From Eledone cirrhosa (taxonomy: Eukaryota), in NCBI GenBank assembly GCA_964016885.1, contig OZ024743.1:102982001-103046000 (forward strand): a stretch of DNA of 64,000 nucleotides. Direction: 5' to 3'. Below are positions 26,186-42,645 of the stretch, in pieces (within the stretch, counting starts at the first letter, position 1; each line of letters begins with the position of its first letter). Both the position numbers and the translations under genes were made by a program. The notes beneath the pieces are model-generated. The model made no database searches. It was not told the origin of the DNA and saw nothing but the letters and a program-made list of their open reading frames with translations.

Positions 26186-26295
26186 ACTGACTGGCCAGTC
26201 TGCTGATATGCAAATCTGGCTGATCAGTGGATCTGCTAATATGCAGATCTGACTGATCAGCCAGTCTACTAATATGCAAATCAGGCCGATCAGTC
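26186..26295 (+). repeat. 33-bp tandem repeat x3 containing octamer ATGCAAAT motifs
   Basis: ATGCAAAT at 26208, ATGCAGAT at 26241 and ATGCAAAT at 26274 (period 33). Confidence 0.85.
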
Positions 26296-26358
26296 ACTGT
26301 GTATTTTTGAAAATAGCATATATTTTCACTACCTCTGACAGTTTGGCAGGTGAACAGT

Positions 26359-26408
26359 GAGCTGTACTGATGAAGGGTAATACCCAGAAACATTAGTGTC
26401 TGCAGTTC
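26359..26408 (+). ncRNA. Type-I hammerhead ribozyme motif
   Basis: gagctgta CTGATGA a gggt aat accc a GAAA ca ttag tg TC tgcagttc: 8-bp stem I with G-U pairs, GUC cleavage triplet. Confidence 0.75.
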
Positions 26409-26543
26409 TGTTCACATGCCAACACAAGAGAAAGAATGAATGGTTCATTCTACTGACATGGCTATAAAATTGAGGCTTGTTTGCATAATTGCAATTTAAT
26501 CGAATGTTATTATTAATATTCGAAAAACTCAGATTACATTTAT

Positions 26544-26600
<57 letters not shown>

Positions 26601-26738
26601 GTATATAAATAGTGTAGGTAGTCCGGTGAAATACTGGTGTTGGTACCAAATCAAGCACTCTATGCACAGGCAGAGTGTATATGATGGAAAAAACGAGAAA
26701 GTTTCGTTTTCGTATGAAAAATATTTATTGCATATCGA

Positions 26739-26828
26739 CCTGTTACGCGCGTTTCACAGAGGATTGGCTCAAGGTGACCCATAGGAGTTATGGTCCCGAC
26801 TCCAGTATCGATCTACTCCTCAGACTGG
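26739..26828 (-). ncRNA. Hammerhead ribozyme motif with long stem II
   Basis: Reverse complement reads ccagt CTGAGGA g..(~60 nt)..t GAAA c gcgc g TA acagg. Palindromic stem III, one stem-I mismatch. Confidence 0.6.
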
Positions 26829-27060
26829 TGATGCGACAAACGATATATTTTTGTTGTGATAAGTGGGCTGAGAAGGTATATATATATATAGACATCGGCC
26901 CTATTTTGTTGTGTGTGGGTGAATGTGTGTATTTTGGTGTAATTGGTGGGGCGGCAAGCGGGTGTATATTCACCAATATTCATGTGCGTGTTTACGTGCG
27001 CCCGCGAGCAAGTAAGGATTCGGGGTTAGATTCCCTGTGAAAAGAACACACACACACACG

Positions 27061-27098
<38 letters not shown>

Positions 27099-27204
27099 AA
27101 TTACCAGCAACTGGCTGTTATTACAGTTATTTTTTGCTTGTGGTATTCCTATAGTTTCTAAAGAATATATATATGTATATATGATTTCTATGGAATGTGG
27201 CCTG

Positions 27205-27309
27205 GAGCAATGCAAGTTAAAGTATCCTGCTCAAGGACCCAACGCGCATCCGTGAATCGAACTCAAAACCTTATGATCGTGAGCCGAATACCTATCCACT
27301 AAACCACGC
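27205..27309 (-). mobile_element. tRNA-derived SINE with CORE-like domain, fragment
   Basis: Reverse complement reads cgtggtttagtgg..gagttcgattc (A/B boxes)..ccttgagcaggatactttaact (CORE-like). Confidence 0.6.
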
Positions 27310-27602
27310 TGCAACAAAATGCCACGCACACAATATCAGTACGAAATCGAAAGGTGGACACAAGAAACGCGCATTTCGAGGGGCGATGAAAAAACCATGT
27401 GCCAGTGAGATTCTTTCAATAATCTGATGACATAAGCTTATGTTTGTTTGTTTTTCTTAAATTTTTTTTCGAAATTAGAAACTCCATGTGTCCCGAAACT
27501 TTCTCCTTGAGACGCAAATTTTGAAAATCAAATTTGTTGTTCTCCAGGACGTAGTTTCGGAACGTTTCGACGACATACACACATCCACTTTAAAATATAT
27601 AA

Positions 27603-27669
<67 letters not shown>

Positions 27670-27952
27670 GCGTGAGCATGTTTGTATTACTAGTTCAACA
27701 ACAAGTTTGTGAATATTTTATCAAGCAGAACATTGTTGATAAAATTGATCTTATCGTTTAAATATGTCTGTCTTTTCGCTCAGTTAAATGACTCCATTAT
27801 TTTTTCATGCCTGCAGCAGTTAATTCACCTTCCACAATAAAAGAAATTCTACGTAATATAAAATAATTACATCTTTCAATATAACTGGTTAAATTAACCT
27901 TGTGACTTCCTCCCACACATGAATCATGTATGTGGCGTATATGTATGCATGT

Positions 27953-28027
<75 letters not shown>

Positions 28028-28128
28028 GACATATACACTCATATATGTATATATGTAATATATGTATATATACATGCATACATATACATACATACATACA
28101 TACATACATACATACATACATACATACA

Positions 28129-28737
28129 TGGTGGCTGCCAACTCGTTTTCGAGTACGGCCACTACTTTATATCCATGTAGGAGAACCCCTACCGATGCGC
28201 TGAACGAATGTGACTTTTTAGTCCAGCCAGCGACTTGAAAACTCTGGTGCAAAGACTACACTTGTGACCATTATTGACACATAGTGCAGGGCCCATGGTA
28301 CCATGCGATGACAAGTGCAGAGAGATCTCCAGATATAAAGCAATGCCTGTGCTGTGAAGCTTTTATAGTGAGCAAAGGCACTGCACAAAGCCAGTCCCAC
28401 TCTCTTAACCAAGATGATATTTACCAAAAAGAAGAACAAGTCAACATCATTGGATACCATCAGGGTTGCAGGTGTTATATCAGAGTTTTCCTTCTCCTAG
28501 AATTCTGCCTTGACAAAGGCTAAGGGGTCATCTCTCCCGGTGATTTTGGATGGCTATTGACTCTTAAGAGCTCCCTTGCCCTTTGACAGGTTTTGTTTTT
28601 AGTCCTGCAGGATGTCCAAAGTCACCCTCCTCACCAAGAAACCTTGGTGGGGTTGCCAGTTTAGTCGCCAACGACCCGACCATGAGACAGGTTGTACTGG
28701 GATACATGTTACCAGTAGCACCAACTGGTGACCTGAC
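28129..28737 (-). mobile_element. ~600-bp non-autonomous RTE derivative (5' UTR fused to 3' end), copy A
   Basis: Contains the RTE 5'-UTR-like motif ctaggagaaggaaaactctga and ends with the zinc-finger remnant GHKCSLCTRVFKSLAGLKSHIRSAHR* (28189-28269) plus a (TATG)n tail. Near-identical copy at 34521-35122. Confidence 0.75.
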
Positions 28738-31733
<2,996 letters not shown>

Positions 31734-32655
31734 AAATCTCTCACCCAGAGAAATCGGAAGATCCTATTCAATGTTCAAACAAGAAAAAAAAATTGACCAA
31801 TTTACAGATAAAGTTGTGCATGGATACTTGAGGCGTAAAACACAGACCATAGAGGGGATAAACCACTCAAAAAGCCTGGCATGGAGTTCCGACAAGTTTA
31901 TGACATCACACCTTGAGGGATATCTCTATGCAATACAGGAACAAGAACTCCCTACCAAATATCTGCTGCACAAAAGAGGAGGGCCAGCAGCTGACAATAA
32001 ATGTAGGCTATGTAAAACAAAGATCGAGGATGTAAGCCACATTGTTGCCAGCTGCGAAAGAATGTCATCTCGCTACTACCTCCCCATGAGACACGATGGG
32101 ATAGCTAGAACTATCTGGAACGCACTTCGGAAAACAAAATTAACAACAAACGAGGAAGAATATATTGAGACAGATGGTACTAAGGAATACTGGTGGAACC
32201 TGAAAATAAAAACTGCCACCAAATTAAAGCACAACCGGCCTGATATTGTAGTTTGGGACCACACATTGAAAACGTGTTCTGTTGTGGAGATCAGCTGCCC
32301 ACTTGATGTAAACGTTGTCAGAAAAATACAGGAGAAGGAGGACATCTACGGACCATTGATGAGGAGCTTACAAATCCAGTATCCAAGATAAACCTTTAGC
32401 TTCATACCCATCATTATTGGTGCTACGGGTTATATACCAACCCGCTTGGACCAAAGTATGACCGAACTTGGATTTGCGGACAAAAAGCGCAGCTCCCTAA
32501 TTCATAGTCTACAAATGGCTGCGATAGCTGGCACCTTCAAAATATGCAAAACATTCTTGCGATTCAAGGGATGACAATTTCTTTTCTTTTACAACCTTGC
32601 CACCAGGAAGGTGGCCGGTCAAAAAAATATACTCGAAATTAAGAGAAAGAGAAAA
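31734..32655 (+). mobile_element. R4/Dong-type RLE LINE, 5'-truncated
   Basis: [38 protein letters not shown] and VEISCP. Flanked by (TACA)n on both sides. Confidence 0.88.
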
Positions 32656-32870
32656 CATACATACATACATACATACACACACACATACATACATGCGTAC
32701 ATACATAGTTTATATGCATGTATGGATGGATGTACAAAATCTAAGCGTTCGATATTAAAGACTGTTTCTAATTAAAAGAATATTAATAACAATTCAATAA
32801 GCCAAGCATTAAATGGGTAATCAATTAGGGTGAAGTCACGACCACTTAAATCGAACACAGTACTTAAATA

Positions 32871-33060
32871 GGGCGATGGATTGGTAGTATCGGTAAAGGG
32901 TCGGACGCCATGCTTTGCAGCTTAGAGTTACGGCCATTTATGATCTGAGCTCAAATCCCGCCGAGGTTAACTTTGCCTTTCATCCTTACGGAGTCGATAT
33001 AATAAAGTACTAGCAATACACTGGGATAATTGATGGCCTTGTGCCAAAAGTAGAAACAAT
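32871..33060 (+). mobile_element. Near full-length tRNA-derived SINE
   Basis: A-box-like tggtagtatcggt, B-box-like gagctcaaatccc, core ttgcctttcatccttacggagtcgat, tail ggccttgtgccaaaagtagaaacaatt. Further copies at ~45120-45320(+), 49285-49530(+), 52350-52630(-), 52658-52770(+), 58591-58670(-), 59525-59660(+) and 60823-61010(-). Confidence 0.85.
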
Positions 33061-34520
33061 TATCATTATCATCATCATCATTGGTATCATCCTCATCATC
33101 ATCACAATCATCATTACTTACTGCCGTCTGGTTTTCCCTATTCACAAAGTTATTCTTCAATAACCTGGCGGAATAATCTTTTGGTATTTCCTAGATACAA
33201 AACTATATTTTTCCCATTTTGCTACACATGCATCAATACTTCCCTTCTTGTTCCAGCATATTTTCTGGTTGTATAAGCATATATTATATTTAATCAAGGA
33301 TAAAATCTAAAATAATCTGTTGTAATCTTTCTTGTAGAACTATTTGATATTATCTATTGCAGCTTTAATCTAGAACAGATTATGTAATCGCATAACACAA
33401 CTGGAAAAATATAGTAGTCAACTAATTAATTAGATTGGTATAGAATTATAATTTTTGATTGTAACACTAGTCTAAACCTTTTCATGTTTAACATTACTGT
33501 ATTACATTCCATTTCTTCTGGTACACAATTTAATCAAATATTTGAATCTCTCACATGCGATGTCAGTTATTGTAACATCATGATAATAATCCTTTTTCAT
33601 GTTTGCTCTTGTCATCTAATACGATACTTTCAGGAAAGACTTAAACAGTGTAAACAAGTGAATTAAAGTGTTTCTTTTCATCCAAAACATACAAACTCAT
33701 CTGTAAACAATCTTAAAATAATTTAAGTACTTTCAGTTATGAATCTAGTCACGTGGAAATGTATGGAAAATATAATTAAGGCAATCTTACAATCAGAACG
33801 TGGTAAAATGGACGTTAAAATAGATGATGCTGATAATGATACAAATATGTGTACCGTAGAGATAGTCTCTATTGAATATGGCATTCTCTACTTAGTTGCT
33901 ACTTATTACTTGAAGACGCATTTCTTCACACCAGGAACTACTTAATAATATCCATTGGGTCAAGGTTCTTCTATTAAGATTGAAGTACTTATGTTGTAAA
34001 TCTAAATTAAACGGTTTAAAAGCGGTGGATTGGCAAAGACAGCTTGTAGATTACCGGATAGAATACTGTGAGGTATTTATGTCGCATTATATTTCCTGTT
34101 AAAACTGTACTGAAGTCTACTTAAATACATACATACACACAATGACACACACACACATACACACATGCACAACATACATACATGCATGGATGCATACATA
34201 CATATATACATACATACGTACATACATATATGCATACATGCATACATACATACATGCAAACATACGTATGTATACATATATACATAAACACACATTCATG
34301 CATATATACATAGATATGTACGTACATACGCACAAATACATAGCCGCAATCACATACATATAAACACATGCATACATACATACATACATACATACATACA
34401 TACATACATACATACATACATGCATGCATGCATGCATGCATGCATGCATGCATACATACATACATACATACATACATACATACATACATACATACATACA
34501 TACATACATACATACATACA

Positions 34521-35122
34521 TGGTGGCTGCCAACTCGTTTTCGAGTACAGCCACTACTTTATATCCGTGTAGGAGAACTCCTACCGATGCGCTGAACGAG
34601 TGTGACTTTTTAGTCCAGCCAGCAACTTGAAAACTCTGGTACAAACACTACACTTGTGACAATTATTGACACATAGTGCTGGACCCACGGTACCATGTGA
34701 CGACAAGTGTAGAGAGATCTCCAGATATAAAGCAATGCCTGTGCCGTGAAGCTTTTATAGTGAGCAAAGGCACTGCACAAAGCCAGTCCCACTCTCTTAA
34801 CCAAGATGATATTTACCAAAAAGAAGAACAAGTCAACATCATTGGATACCATCAGAGTTGCAGGTGTTATATCAGAGTTTTCCTTCTCCTAGAATTCTGC
34901 CTTGACAAAGGCTAAGGGGTCATCTCTCCCGGTGATTTTGGATAGCCATTGACTCTTAAGAGCTCCTTTGACAGGTTTTGTTTTTAGTCCTGCAGGATGT
35001 CCAAAGTCACCCTCCTCACCAAGAAACCTTGGTGGGGTTGCCAGTTTAGTCGCCAACGACCCGACCATGAGACAGGTTGTACTGGGATACATGTTACCAG
35101 TAGCACCAACTGGTGACCTGAC
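34521..35122 (-). mobile_element. Non-autonomous RTE derivative, copy B
   Basis: Co-linear and highly similar to 28129-28737 with the same termini. Embedded in (CATA)n. Confidence 0.8.
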
Positions 35123-35215
35123 ATACATACATACATACATACATACATACATACATACATACATACATACATACATACATACATACATACATACATACAT
35201 ACATACATACATACA

Positions 35216-36088
35216 TAATACCTGATTCACAAAAGATGCAGGCAAAACACCTAGATGTGATAACAAGTGCAGACTCTGCAGAACTAACATCGAAGATATC
35301 ACCCATGTCATCAGCAGCTGTCCAAAGATGTCGTCGCGGTACTATCTACCTATGAGGCATGATGTAGTGGCCAAAACACTGTACAATGCAATCCGTAAAA
35401 AAGATAGCGCCGATAATAAACACATTAAAAGCTACAGCAATGTGGAAGACATCCATGTACATAATATGAAAGAGTACTGGTGGAATGTTCCAGTAAAAAC
35501 CCCAATAAAATGCAGGCATAACAGACCAAATATTATGATATGGGACAGGGAGAAGAAAGCATGCACAGTAGTGGAAATTAGCTGCCCAGCAGATGCCAAT
35601 ATAATATCAAAGATTAGTGAAAAGGAGAATATTTATGCAGAACTAATGAGAAATCTGTAGATACTCCACCCTGATTACACCTTCAGATTTATGCCTGTGA
35701 TTATTGGGGCACTGGGGTATGTTAGAAACTGCCTCAATACAAATCTTGAGAAGCTAGGCTTCACAGGAACAGAAAGAACACAACTAGTTAGGAAGTTACA
35801 AGTACAATCCATTAATGGAACAGTAAAAATATGTAAAACATTCCAAAAATGTTGCATCTAATAACTGCATATACACATGTACAGATACAAATCATATACA
35901 CATGCACACATACAACTCAAAACATACACATCCATACATACAATAATATCCATATCTACACATGCATGCATACATAATCTACCTAGTTGATGTTGTGCAA
36001 ATTCCAATAAGAGAGTCTTGTGTCTATGTTAGAAACCGACTCTCTCTCTATTGGGAAAAAATATGTGAAATTATAAAACCAGAAGAAC
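35216..36088 (+). mobile_element. R4/Dong-type RLE LINE, 5'-truncated
   Basis: CRLCRTNIEDITHVISSC, RHDVVAK, HNRPNIMIWD and VEISCP. (TACA)n on both sides. Confidence 0.86.
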
Positions 36089-36096
36089 ATACATAC

Positions 36097-36189
<93 letters not shown>

Positions 36190-36191
<2 letters not shown>

Positions 36192-39100
36192 CAACGCGAT
36201 CAGTCACATATTTTGGGCGTTGAAGACTACTTATTAAATTTAAGATGAATACTATCTCCGAAAGTAATGCCACAACTACAGTCATGTTGAATAACCGTTT
36301 ATTCTTCTAACTATATCTTCTGAAGACACATTTTATTCGAATTCGTAGAGATATCCGACTAAATACATAATTCATTTTACAAGGATTTGCTACAAACAGC
36401 ATGGCTGAACACAACATCAACAAATAAAATAAAAGAAGTATCGAAGACAAACAACGAAAAAGGTAAACAAACTTTATTCAGTTGTAGCTACAGAAGAAAC
36501 CGAAATTACAAACTGATTTCTCTTGGAATTGCGAAGTTAATGAAGATTTATTTGATTGTTATAAAATAGCAAAAAACAATCCCTCCATTGGCGATATGAA
36601 CAGAATGAAGTTACACTGGGACGAAATGCACCCAGAGCTAAATTATTTCACAGCGAAACAATTACGCCATCAAGCGACGTTTGTTGAGCATAATAATAAG
36701 ATAAATATTATTAATTGTAAGTCACCCACAACAAACATGGGATCAACAACACGTGCTACAGGTCGCCATGGTACTAGACTTCCTAGCAGCCAGGTCGAAC
36801 AATGCCTTGTAATAACTATGCCTGTAGGAAACTTGACACCACGTGTACCATCTAAGTCTACCTCGAATGCTGGGGAATACATTATCGATAATAATAATAA
36901 TCGAAGAAATTTGACACCACGTGTACCATCCGAGTCTACCTCGACTGTTGTGGAAAATACTATCGATAATGATAATAATCAAAAGTATAAACAATTGAAA
37001 ATTTCCCTCAACGAAATCTTCCAGAGAGAAATTAATTCATGTATAAATATATCTCTTGCTGAACGTATTAAAACGACAATATTTAATAATAATAAAAAGC
37101 AAATAATGAAATATTACGTGTTATTGACGAAATAGGGGATGAATATTTACGACGGATGAAAACCCCAACATTTTGGTAAATCAACACCTGTTTATATGCC
37201 TTAGCAACGACAGTGAAGCATTATCTTGGTGATAGCAGAGATATTAACAAAAACAAAACACCACCAAAAATACCATCATATAACTAAAATAGAAAAAAAG
37301 ATTGCTGACCTACGAAAAACTATAGGATATGTGACAATGCTCCTTACATGCAAACAAACACACAAAATATTCACTCCTCACCAACAAAGAGTGAAAAATA
37401 AAATAGAGACGATGTTTGGTAACAGTAGAACCAGAACTCTTCAATATAAGCTGATCACTCTCAAACAAGAATTGAAAGCTGTTAGCGAAAAACGCCGATA
37501 CCTGAAGAAGGTAGATGAGAGAAAAGTGCTTAATAAAATAGTCAGACGAAACCAAACATCAGTCTATAGAAATATGAAGAACAAAATAATAAGTGTCACT
37601 GAGGCCCCATCCCAGAAAGACAGATTCCTTTTGGAGCAAAATATGGGTGAAAAGAAGAATTTCAACCAAGATGCAGCGTGGCTAAGAGAAATCCGAAAGA
37701 ACTATTGCTCCTACACTACAACAAAAACATACGAAATAAGTGAGGGTACACTTGAGACTGTGATAGGAAAACTCCAAGATGAGAAAACACCAGGAAGAGA
37801 CATGATTGTCGGCTGCTGTTACAAAAAAACTGATATCCTATCGGAGGTAGTTACTGACCTCTACCAACAAGTTCTTAAGAGAGATACACTTATACTAGAA
37901 TGGTTGACATTAGCACAAACATTACTGGTCCCCAAGAACAAAGACACCTACTTGACAAAAAACTACCGACCCATTGCATGCCAGAACCTGATGTATAAGA
38001 TGTATACAGCCTGTCTGAACCTATTCCTCCAAGATCACTGTGAAAATAATTGTTTCTACTTTTTGGCACAAGGCCAGCAATTATCCCAGTGTATTACTGG
38101 TACTTTATTTTATCGACTCCGTAAGGATGAAAGGCAAAGTTAACCTCGGCGGGAATTGAACTCAGATCGTAAAGGGACGTAACTATGCTGGAAAGCATAA
38201 TCCAACCCTCTACCGATACTGCCAGTGAAAATAATGACATCATCACAGATGAACAATCAGCTGGAAAAAAGGGGGTTTGGGGATGTACTGAACAACTCCT
38301 AATCAACAACACTGCTACAGTCTGGCTGGACTACAGGAAAGCTATCGATTCTGTTCCCCACTCTTGGATGATAGAGGCCCCCCAAATTGCTAAAGTCCCA
38401 GACATTATCAGAGCCATAGAAAAAGCTGTCTTCTTCTTGGGCTATTATCCTAAGGTTAAAGACAGAGAGAGAGGACTCTATTTTCACTGATAAAATAAAA
38501 TATCGCAGGGGTGTATTTCAGGGAGACAGTCTCTCTGTGATATTATTCATCCTGTCATTAAACCCCTTGTCCTTTCTGCTCAAGAAATGTGAAGGACAGA
38601 AATACGAACCTAACCCATAATTTCTTTGTGGATGATCTGAAACTCTATGCCAAGAACATGGATGGGATGAAGAAAAGTCTTGACCTGGTTACAACGTTCT
38701 CAAAGGATATAAGAATGGAATTTGGCCAAGATAAATGCTCATATATTACTGTAAAGCGCGGAAAAAACAACAACCCAATCTAGCAACATTGTCATCAATG
38801 GCCTAACTGTTTCACCGATATCTGATGAGGACAGCTACAGATACCTGGGGATAGATGAGAACATATCCTATAATCGTATCTGTAATAAGGAACGCATAAC
38901 CAGGGAATACTACACCCGATTAAGAAAGATTTGGTCATCGGAACTCTCTGCGCAAAACAAAACAGTGGCTCACAATGTGTTTGCTGTGCCTGTCCTAACA
39001 CCAACGTTTGGAATACTCAATTGGACGATAGACGAAATCCGAGCATATGATGTTTGAACTCGAAAAATACTAAACAACACCGGAAACTTCCACATCAACA

Positions 39101-39490
39101 ATGACATAGACCGCCTTTACTTGAAACGTAAGCAGGGAGGCAGAAGCCTAACATCAGTCCAGACAGCATTTGAATGTCGCATCATATCCCTCCAACAACA
39201 TCTACGAACCTCGAAGCGTAGGAGCCCGTCTCTCGAGCAAGTCTATCTGCATGAAACAAATAAGATCATGAGAGTTGGGAAGGAACTCCTTGAGAGATAT
39301 TCCCTGTGTGATAATCAAAAACTCACACCCAGGGAAGTCGCTCAGCAATATCGCAGAGAATCCTTAGATGAAAAACTGCATGCTTATCACCAACAAATAA
39401 TGCATGGATATGTTGCCAGGAAGCTCCAGAGTGAGAGTAATATAGATAAGGAAAGTGGATTATCTTGGACTAACAACCGAAGACTAAAAA
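36190..39490 (+). mobile_element. R4/Dong-type RLE LINE, 5' two-thirds (3'-truncated), interrupted by a SINE
   Basis: TPGRDMI, KNYRPIACQNLMYK, EQSAGKKGVWGCTEQLLIN, WLDYRKAIDSVPHSW, GVFQGDSLS and FFVDDLKLYA. Begins right after (TACA)n(CA)n. Confidence 0.88.
38051..38224 (-). mobile_element. tRNA-SINE inserted in the Dong RT with 11-bp target-site duplication
   Basis: gtgaaaataat at 38040-38050 and 38225-38235. The Dong reading frame (DHCEN|NDIITDEQ) rejoins across it. Confidence 0.9.
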
Positions 39491-39619
39491 AAAAATCTTA
39501 AATTTCATGTTTGAATATTCCGTCAATGATGACGTCTCATGTGGTTCATCAGACCAGCGAGGGACTCATATGTCATACTCAACGGTCACGTGTTAGTTTC
39601 CCTGCAGCAGCTTACCCTT

Positions 39620-41720
39620 CATGATGCTCTTCTCTTCTCTTTTCTCATCCCATCCTCATATCTGAGGGTCAGGGGTCATAAACTTATAGACCAGCACTCT
39701 CCATCTTTCCCCGTCAGTTGCCATTCCAGTATATTCCGACAAACTCCTTCCTGTCAATTCCTTAATATCATGTCTATCTCCTTTTCTGCCGTCTTCTGGC
39801 TCTTTTCCCTTGTATTCGTCCCTCAAGTATGTGGGTATTCAAGATACAGAGATTTGTAATGCCGAGTGAGTCTACTGGCTGGCCTACACTTTTTTACACA
39901 CGCTGCAAGAGAAATAAACCTGGATGTCATATTTGTAGATGGCGGCGTTCCTATATCACCATTTGTGGTTAATTAGGCTTTCTTTGGAAAAGCAAACTCG
40001 GCCACCTTCTTCGTTCCCTTCTCAGGGAAGCGGTTAACGTCTTCCACCTCATTTCAACTCAACATATGTAATTCGGCTGTTTCTGAATTCTATAGCACCA
40101 GTTGCAATCAGTTTTTTCCACCCCACTTTATCTAGTGCAAGATCTTCCCATATGCTAGTACCAATATTGAACTTTTTAATTACGTCTTTTAGGCAGTTCT
40201 TATACCGTTTTACCGGCTTGCACTGGGGTCGTATGACTGTACCAGTTCACCGTACGGGGCTTGCTTTGGCATGCTGGTGTTTCCTAAGCGGCCCAAGTGA
40301 CCAGCTCATCTAAGGTGATGTTTCATAATCATGGTCTCAATGCCCAGCCTATTGACAGGCTTCTGTACTCTTGTGTCAAGCACATTTGAAAACCATGAAA
40401 TGTTTAGTAGAGAATTCAGGCAATGCTAGTGGAAGCGGTCAAGGCGCTGGAAATAGCTGTGATAGATCGTCCATGTTTCTCGTCCAAACAATAGTGTTGT
40501 GAAAACAAATGCCTTGTAGAACTGTACTTTAGTTGGCAACCTTATCAGATTTTAACCAGAGCTTTGACTCAAGCCTTCCATATGCAGCGCAAGCCCTGGA
40601 ACGTCAATAATAATTGGCTTCCCCATCAAGGGCGTTAAACCTGGATAGATTGCTACCTAGGTGGACAACGTATCCACAATATCTAACATTTTATCATTGA
40701 TGTATATGGATGGTGGGATATACGGCTTGCAAGGTTCTGGCCAATACATTACTACTGACATCCTGAGGCTGATTACAAGACCGAATTCATTACAGGAGGT
40801 CGAAAAGCAGTTCATCAGGAGCCCCGGTGTGAGTGACAATATCACACTTGTCAGCATACAGAAGGTCGAGAATCAAAAACATAAATGTTTTTGTTACTGC
40901 AGCAAAACAACGGTTGTTAAAAAGCTTTCTTGTTTTGTGATACCGAATACATATGGTAGCATCACTGTTAGAAAAGATATGCAAGACAACAATTGCAGGA
41001 GCCAGAAGATCACCTTGCTTCACTCCAGATTCATCCGAGATGGGATCCAACAGTTCCCATTGACACACACCCATATCTTCATGTTATCGTAAAGGGATCG
41101 AATAAGTACTGTAAATTTCTCAGGACAGCCTAGCTTTTACAGACCCCCCCCCCCCCCCTCCCACCCCCCACGCCAAAAAATAGTTGGCCTATTAACGGTG
41201 TCAACGGCGTTTGTCAGATCAATACATCACTGGTACAAATCGAGTTATTGATCTCTACAATACTCCTGAACTTGTTGCGCTATAAAGATTATATCTATTT
41301 TCCCCCGGTTTGGCTGAAAACCATATTGTGATTCAGGCAGAATGTTAGGTGCAACATGGTGCAGCAAATGGTTCAAAAGTATACTTGCAAAAGTCTTAGA
41401 AAATGGAAACCCAACGGTAATTGTCACACATATCCTTGGCTCCTTTCTTATATAAGGACACGAGATTGACATCTCTCCAATTTTGTGAAGTTACACCCTT
41501 CTTTCACACCCAATGATAGATGATACGAAGCTAACCCAGTACCTCCCCTCCACCCTATTGTATCAGTTCAGCAAGGATACCATCACGCCCAGAGTCTTTT
41601 CTGGTATTTATCATTCTGACAGTTACAGCAATTTCAACTTCAGTAGATGGCTCATCAAGCTCGTAGATTACAGAAGATTGCCGAAGCCAGTCAAGAACAA
41701 CAGCACTGACCACTGACACA
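39620..41720 (-). mobile_element. Highly degenerate RTE-clade LINE (RT and thumb) plus a second RTE 3' end near 39620-39845
   Basis: ILPESQYGFQPNRG..DIIF..QQVQE, GVKQGDLLAP and LLYADKC. Many frameshifts. Confidence 0.7.
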
Positions 41721-42129
41721 CGATTCAACACATCACTAAAATGATGCCGCTATCTGGTTTTAATTTCATCTCACTTGCCTAAAAGCACATTACCAGTATT
41801 TGTTCTCAAGGATGCAAAGAGAGATGAAGGTGGTACAAAGATATTGGGTCTCGCTTCTCAGCAGATGCCTGAATCTCCAGGGCATTCTCGTGCCACCACT
41901 TATCCTGGACTTTAGCCTTGCACTCATTAAATTATATATATGTATTAGGGGCGGAGGAAACATTTCTGAATTGGGGGGGGGGGGGCAAATTTGGTTCATT
42001 TAGTTGTAGTGATTAGTTTAGCTATTTGCACTCTAAAATGGTCAGAAATCTTCAATAAGCCATAAATATAAAATGTACATAAATTGTAGCAATATATGCA
42101 ATATATGTTTGTTTTGGGGCGAAACTACC

Positions 42130-42645
42130 AAAACACACACTACTACACGGAACTCTCTTCCAATACGCCCCTCTATGTCAATTAAAACCAAACTATCCCC
42201 CTCTCTATATCTACATGGAACTCTCTTCTGTTCCTCTTCTCTATATCAATTAACACGAAACTCTCGTCATCTTATTATCTACTACATGGTGCTCTCTCCC
42301 AATCCCCCTCAATATATCAATTAGCAGCAAACGCTCCCACTCTCTATATTTTCTAAACGCAACTCTCTTCCAATCCCTCTCTCTATATCAATTAACGCAT
42401 AACTCTCCCCCACGCTATATGTACTACACGAAACTCTCTTCCAATCCTCCTCTCTATATCAATTTACACCAAATTCCCCCCTCCCTATATCTAATATACA
42501 ACATACTCACCCAACCCACCTCTATATATCAATTACCATCAATATCTATCAATACGTATCTCTATCAATCCTCTCACTCTTTTCAGTACCACCAAACTTA
42601 CCCCCTCTCCATATCGGAACTCTTTTCCAATCCACCTATATCAAT
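42130..42645. repeat. Degenerate CT-rich minisatellite (actctcttccaatccc..ctatatcaatta units); resumes 43660-43790
   Basis: Recurrent units visible, split by the RTE insertion. Confidence 0.7.

Noticed and set aside
27365-27430. Additional hammerhead on - strand (GAAAtgcgcg); similar CTGAAGA..TAAA at ~61397
   Set aside because: Core nucleotides and stem I are too degenerate to support.
28600-28737. HDV-like or twister ribozyme at the head of the RTE derivative
   Set aside because: A possible P1 (ggtcacc/ggtgact) exists, but I could not build P1.1/P3/P2 or a twister core by eye. Left as an untested hypothesis.
32871-32960. tRNA gene
   Set aside because: A/B-box-like head continues into a multi-copy SINE body, and no convincing cloverleaf was found.
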